This document shows, piece after piece, positions 33,320 to 39,318 of a stretch of 39,318 nt of DNA (position 1 is its first letter; each line of letters begins with the position of its first letter). Source of the DNA: Dimargaris cristalligena (Eukaryota); NCBI GenBank assembly GCA_003614675.1, contig ML002353.1, positions 1 to 39,318 of the forward strand, given 5' to 3'. The translations under genes were made by a program, and so were the position numbers. The notes below the pieces were generated by a model, which saw only the letters and a list, made by a program, of their open reading frames with translations, made no database searches and was not told the origin of the DNA.

Positions 33320-34743
33320 ATGCGTTTTGCAGCTGCGCCCAAATGCCCCCGGTGCGGTAAATCAGTCTTCGTGGCCGAGCAGGTAAGTCGACCAGGCCCT
33401 TGAGCCCCCTCCTACCTTCGCTGTCCCCAGTCAGCCTCACTAAACCTACATGGCTACCCTTGAGGTAAATAGGGCTGTCGACTGGCCCCACCCTGCACTC
33501 CCCAACCAGCCCACCTGACTCATAGTTCCCGATAATTGACATGTCCCTTCTTTTCCCAACCACCTTAACCAGGTCATTGGTCCCAACGGGCCTTGGCATC
33601 GGGCCTGTCTGACCTGCGCCCAGTGCAACGTTCGATTAGACGCCAATCGATTGCTGGACAGCGACGGTGAGGCCTACTGCAAACTCTGCCACCATAAATT
33701 GTTTGGCCCCCGGGGCTATAATCTAGTGGGCGGCACTGCCCCCGCCAGTCCCGTCCCCAGCGACACACGCATCGCCTCCGAAATCCGATCCCGCTCTAAC
33801 TCGCGGGCCCTGGGGGCGTCCAACCCCCAGCTATACGTTGACGCCCGGCGGTCCCCGTCCATTCCCCCCACGCCTTCTCGTGAATTGAATACCCCGACCA
33901 GTTCAACCTTCTCGTCCTGGGGCTACCACCAGTCCAAACCCGTTGGGCCCCTGACCCCAGTGGAAACCACCCCGACTGACCCCGCAACCGCTCCTTCGCC
34001 CGATCGACCACCGTGGACCCCTACCACCAGTGAACCCGAGTCGGAAGACCAAGCCCCGGCCCGTTCCCCCGCGGCACCGCGCTTCCCCACTGCGGCCACT
34101 GCTCCGCAACCACCGAAATCTTCGACGGAGATCGGGGCAACTAAAAGCATCTCTCTTGTGGGGAGTGGCGGCATCACCCCCGGAGGCTGGACCTCTGGGT
34201 CGTCCTATGTGCCACGGAAACTTAACTTGAATATCAATAGCGACCAATGTGCTAAATGTCACAAGGTGGTCTACGCGGCCGAATCAGTAAGTTTGTTATT
34301 ATGGTTGTCCGCCATGCCACTAACCCAATTTTTTTTCAAGGGATTTATCTACATCTCATTTGATTCTCTGGGCAGGAGTTCTTACTTTAGTATCTTATAG
34401 ACGGCCGGAGTTGAGTAATCGATGTATCATTTGATAAGCAACGCGGGGAGATAATGGGCCGATATATCCTATTGTCCAGCTCCATAACTCTTTTTAACTA
34501 ATTCATCATTCACATTCACCATTCGACTGATTTACTACTACCCAGATTAACGGCGTGGGCAAAAAATACCACCGCTCTTGCTTTAAATGCACCGAGTGCA
34601 AGGGAACCCTCTCGGCCTCCAACCTTACCGAGAACGACAACTTACCCTACTGCAAACGGTGTTATGCCCGTCTCTTTGGACCTAAAGGGTATGGCTTTGC
34701 CGGTGGGGCTGCCTTTCTGACTACCGAAGGGTCCGCCCGCTGA
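33320..34743 (+). CDS. Cysteine- and glycine-rich protein (CSRP/CRP-like) with two LIM domains, 324 aa, 3 exons
   Basis: Exons 33320-33382, 33573-34286, 34546-34743. LIM1 CPRCGKSVFVAEQ..WHRACLTCAQC..YCKLCHHKLFGPRGY; LIM2 CAKCHKVVYAAE..YHRSCFKCTEC..YCKRCYARLFGPKGYGFAGGA. Confidence 0.92.
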
Positions 34744-34977
34744 ATTGGACCAGTCTGACCCGTCTCTATCGTGTGCATATCCCCTACTATAGATACATAT
34801 TTCTTACTTTACATGTTCATATTCATATCCATACCAACTTATCCATATTTTACACCCCCTGATCTTTATGATGGGGCCTACTGACTATATACTTCCTTTA
34901 TCAACTCCGATATTCAGCCACTTTTTTTAATATGTGATGCCAATTCCCGATTATTGTAATAAATACTAGTCAATTTT

Positions 34978-37900
34978 TTAGGAAGTTGGCTTCGGGGATG
35001 GTTCTGAATGTGAGGAATCATTGGCTGAAGTCCAGAGGGATACCTTGTCGAATAAAACTTGGTGCCGGCGGCGGTCCGCCAGTAGGTTCAGTTCCTCGGT
35101 TAATTTTGTGATGAGAGGGCCGGCGTATTGCGGCTGACTAGCAGCCGAAAGGTGGTTACAGAGCCGTTCAATTGTGTCCATGAGGATAATATCCATCTGA
35201 TCAACAATGAGCCGGGCGTCTAGAACCCTCCTCTGCTCAACCTCATTCCCTGTGAGTACATTCTTCAGCTGGACACGCGAATGGAATTGTAGCGTTTGGA
35301 CTATCTCGAGCACGTATAAATGCCCGCAGACGACATTTGAAGGATCAAGGGCTGTACAACCAGGCTCCGGGTTCTAAACGGGTGAGAGATAAAATAGGTG
35401 GAAAGGGAGTGGGTATCTAGATAAAGCTGCGTCAGTATTGCTAAAGTTGGAATGTCCCATATACAAGTCTTTTGTACTAGATGGAGACAGTGCTCGTAAC
35501 CTATTCATCCTCGCGCTCCGAATTAGAGACTTTCTATTTGAATATGATATGGCCCTTTTCATTTCCAGTGACCATATACCGAAAACCTCCGACTGTTGTC
35601 ATTGGCATCCAGTTTACCTTTAAATACCGAACAATGGCCCGATGCCAAGTGTCCGCGGGAAGTGTGCCATATCTTCGTGGTTGTAGCCCAAGTTCCAGTA
35701 TTTCCAATAAGCAGCGACGATACGCCAAGGCAAGTCGATATACCCGTGGAAGTGGGTCTAGAAAGAAGGCTGGCAATCCCGCTAGAAACGGTTCCGGGTC
35801 GGGGTCGCAGCTCGATATTAAATGCCGAAACACATGCCGAAGGCTGACTTCCAAGGCACCTTCGGCGGTGCTGCTGACTCCGGCCAGAACAGCTGCTGGT
35901 AGGGCATTCAACATGGTATCCCGTTGACCCTTCCAATAAGCCATCTGGGCCTGTAGGATCCGCCCCGCAACAGCGGGATTATGATTCATGAGTCGGATCA
36001 CGTCCCTAAGTAAACTTGTTACCGAATGTGAGTCTGCATCATTGTCATTGTCATTGTCATCAGTACGGACGTCGGATTCGGATTCGAACTCCCAAATCAT
36101 ATCGTGCCGGTCGGACTCACAACAAAGTTCGTAAAGATGGCGGGGTACGAGAACCGGCCACTCGAGGGGCTGTCCGAGCTCCGACGCTAAATGGTGAAGT
36201 GTCTCATCGATGATGGATGGGTACACCCAATCCGCCTCCCGGAGCCTGTTGTAAAGAGTCTCGAGGTAACCTGCAATGCGACCTGTCAATACAGCCAAGG
36301 AAATATAATATTGATGTTAGGGGGTAATCTAGCAGCATTTAAGGGTTTGTTATTCCAGTGGGCTAAACGGCTGATCATCGTCTCAACCGGGCAATATAGC
36401 TTACCTGAGCTAGAGTACCTCTGAAAAACCACTGAGGTGAGGGCATGTATCGTTTGCTTAAGTAGGTCAAAGTGCATGCGATAAAATTGTTCTCGGTCGT
36501 GAGATTTCGTCCACTGAAAAATGTCACAAAGGTCAAGTAGCATCTGATCGGCACCGATCCTAGAGAGCTCTGAGGTGACCACCAGGATATGTGGATTGGC
36601 CAATTCGGCCAGGAGTAGTCCGTTCGGTGCCCCTGGGTCACAGGCCAGAATCACCCGGGCCATCAGGCGGTTAAAAAGGGCCGAGGCCACCTGGAACTGG
36701 CCCGGATGTTGATGGTAGCTGGTTGAATTAAGATGATTCAAAACAAAGAGCTGGAGGGTACTCGGGAGATGTATCCCTGGGAGAGCTACTGAATGAGGGG
36801 TGGATGAGGACTGTAATTCAGTAAGGGTCATAATGAAGGACCCGATATTGTCAATGGACTGCGTTGAGTGCTGAGTTGGTGACTGAGATAAGCTGGTGTC
36901 AATGGCCTGTTTGAGGGCCACCAATAGTAGAGCACCATGCGTTTGCTTGGGAATGTCTTGCTCAGGGACCCTCTTCGGAGGTGGAATACGGGCATAACAC
37001 TGAGCAATTCCCAGCTCTTTGATAATGCGAGTGACCGTTTCAGTAATCGAGGGTTTCGCTAAACACTCGGACAGTAAACGGCCAAGTGTATTGACTGGCT
37101 GCAAAAAAGTCAACTAGGGTTAATCAAAACCACATCCCCCATGTATATATTAGGACCAAGGGCAATACATTAGTAAGTGTCCGGAGGGTAGAGTGCAGGT
37201 GGCATGACTAGCCCAAACAAGATCAAAGCCAAAAACTGCCTTCCCAAATCAGCGTGCAGGAGTTAGAAAAAATGGCCGTAACTACTTTGGGAGAAAGAGA
37301 CTTAGGATTACCTTCATAACAGCCAGGACTAAACCGTCGAATTCGCCTACTTCATACTCGCCCGATGCTTTGATTTGATTTAGAGTGGCAATTAATTCGC
37401 CGGCGTATAGGATATCGGAGTCGGGACTAGCGTATAGCTCATTATCGTGGAACTCGCCACTGGGATTAAGCCTGTATATATATATATATATGTGTGTGTG
37501 GGTATATGTTAGACAGTAGCAATAAGAATTCAAAAATGACATGCTGAACAGCAGGACATATCCACCCGATACGATTTTCAAAAGGGAAGTCAGGAATAGC
37601 TTTTCAAATCAATCAACCCAATTAATAAATGCCTATGGCGGGGGTAGGGTTTACCTTTGTTGGATTAGGGCCATATAAAATACACCCCGCTGTCCTATTT
37701 CCATGGAAATAAGTGTGGGGTGGATTCGATCGAAGATTTGTCGGGAAGAATTCATACGATGGCTATCTTTTCGAGCGGATATAGAGATGAGCCAATCAAC
37801 AGTGTCACCCTGCGTTCGTAGGGTCGGACGAAGCGCCTCGACACTATTAGGGGCAATCATTACAGGTATGTCGTTTTGCTGTTAATTATATCACAAAAAA

Positions 37901-38833
37901 TAATCAAATGTACGCTAAATGCCAATGCTCTTGTTTGCGATGAATCAGTCAGATCAAGCGGAGTAAGGCAGGCAGCGCCGTATTCCATATAAAAGCGGAA
38001 ACTGATTTTAATGTTGGGCCTACCATGTATCGTTCATCCGGTGACTGAATTGGGCCAGGAGCCGCGTAAGTGTGATCCCCGCTGGCCCCTCGGGGTAGTA
38101 CGGAAACGGCCACACGCTGCATGCGGGGGGATTTCGACAGCTCGAGTTTGATGCAGTAAGGGCAGGTGGGTGCTTATTTACGATAGTTTCATCGCCTGGA
38201 GATTGAGTTCCCAGCCAAGCGGTAGGGCAGTGATGCAAGATCATAGAGTGAATAACCTCTAATGGATCAGTCATCCGAGGTAAATCGCGCAAGGGCGAGC
38301 AGTTGGTGAGGGATTGGGTATCCTCGAGAGTCCTAAACCACGCAAAAGTACGCCAGCCAAAAAATACCGGCATTAGCACCGATAGCAGCGCAATGGAGCA
38401 CAGCATATATCATGCGATGAGAGTATGGGGTATAGAGCATGGCACATTGAGGATCAGGCAATTCCGAAGTGAATATGAAGACCCCACACATTGTATATGG
38501 AGCGATAATTACCTTTGATCCAAAATCCTGGCCGGATCCACGGGTGCTTGTTGAAGGTTTGGACCACTTCTCGATAAAACCGTCGGAGTATGCTGCAGCT
38601 GTAATGCTGAGGGTTCGCTGGAAATAGGGGCATATTCGCGAGACAACTCGTCGAATATAATGACGGTTCTATGGGAATATAATAGGGGCATAGTAGAAGT
38701 CACTTTAAATATAAGTTGCAGACAAAAAGTAACAAAGTAACTGACCAGAAAACAGCACTCTAATGGAAATGAGTCATAACTGAGCTTACTTAAGGCCTCT
38801 GGAATGCCGTAATGACCCAAACTGGGCGGACAT
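34978..38833 (-). CDS. Large Leu-rich, probably alpha-helical protein of unknown function, ~870 aa, 8 exons
   Basis: Exons 38833-38790, 38668-38513, 38332-38024, 37843-37655, 37471-37312, 37098-36405, 36282-35618, 35373-34978 join seven ORF-track fragments in phase through GT-AG introns (2613 nt). No family recognised. Confidence 0.72.
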
Positions 38834-39064
38834 GGCGTGGAGGTAGAATGAAGAGGATAGTTGTCTCGCCCACGAAAAGAAATGTCAACGAGTATGGTGG
38901 CGCTAACAAGCTAGATAAGAAGTCGAAAGTAAATAAACAACAGTTGCTTGTCAAAGAAGCGAAGTAAGGTAAAGGATGGGACCAAAGCCACTAGGCCTCG
39001 GGCTGGTCAATATTGCCAGGAAAACTTAAAGAAACGAATATTAATAAAAAATTCGAAATAAAAG

Positions 39065-39148
39065 TCCGAGAACCCGGATTTGAACCAGGGACCTAGAGAT
39101 ATCATGGTAAACTACAGTCTCCCGCTCTACCAACTGAGCTATTCTCGG
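39065..39148 (-). tRNA. tRNA-Tyr (GTA) with an 11-nt intron (39111-39101)
   Basis: CCGAGAA TA GCTCAGTTGGTAGAGC G GGAGA CT GTA G [TTTACCATGAT] A TCTCT AGGTC CCTGG TTCAAAT CCGGG TTCTCGG A. Full cloverleaf, intron at 37/38, oligo-T runs downstream. Confidence 0.96.
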
Positions 39149-39318
39149 TCTATATACTGTTGTGACAGGTACTGAACACCCTTAAGCTTTGGTGATGTCA
39201 CCGATGATGTACCTAACGTCCATTAATCAAATTACTACCGTTTTACTATATTTAGCTTAGTTTATCAATTGCAATGTCATATCATAGCTATATCCATTTA
39301 TCACCTTCTATATCATAG

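Noticed and set aside
36286-36298. Overlap of the 275-aa and 254-aa ORFs suggesting a programmed frameshift
   Set aside because: Fully explained by a canonical GTAAGC...CTAAC...CAG intron (36404-36283).
1-39318. Transposons, CRISPR arrays, U12 introns, riboswitches, snoRNAs, selenocysteine recoding
   Set aside because: By eye I found no transposase/RT motifs, terminal repeats, spaced direct repeats, U12 donors or in-frame TGA in the gene models. Small ncRNAs cannot be excluded without a covariance-model search.

Overview
Eukaryotic, intron-rich genomic DNA from what is most likely an early-diverging fungus (inference from GT-AG introns with CTAAC/CTGAC-like branch sites, fungal-type genes and metazoan-like LRRC58, TRAK/HAP1, CSRP and cyclin L homologues). 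The ORF track fragments or misses most genes, so spliced models were rebuilt by hand and checked for phase consistency. Left to right: an LRRC58-like LRR/BC-box protein (runs off the left edge), NAA50, a small basic orphan, MDE1/APIP, BTN1/CLN3, a coiled-coil protein with a TRAK/HAP1-type CC1 box, a ~5.3 kb non-coding interval with microsatellites and a long ATG-free leader, a degenerate Pcl-type cyclin-like ORF, a possible cryptic spliced gene, a PPR protein, RRP40, a STIMATE/YPL162C membrane protein, an endophilin-like BAR-SH3 protein with a C-terminal Cys/His motif, cyclin L, a CSRP-like two-LIM protein, an unknown 870-aa helical protein, and an intron-containing tRNA-Tyr(GTA). No mobile element or CRISPR array was seen. 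Most interesting: a candidate fungal dynein activating adaptor, an LRRC58-like cullin receptor, a possible pseudo-cyclin, and the endophilin's terminal putative zinc finger. All family assignments come from motif recognition, not database searches.
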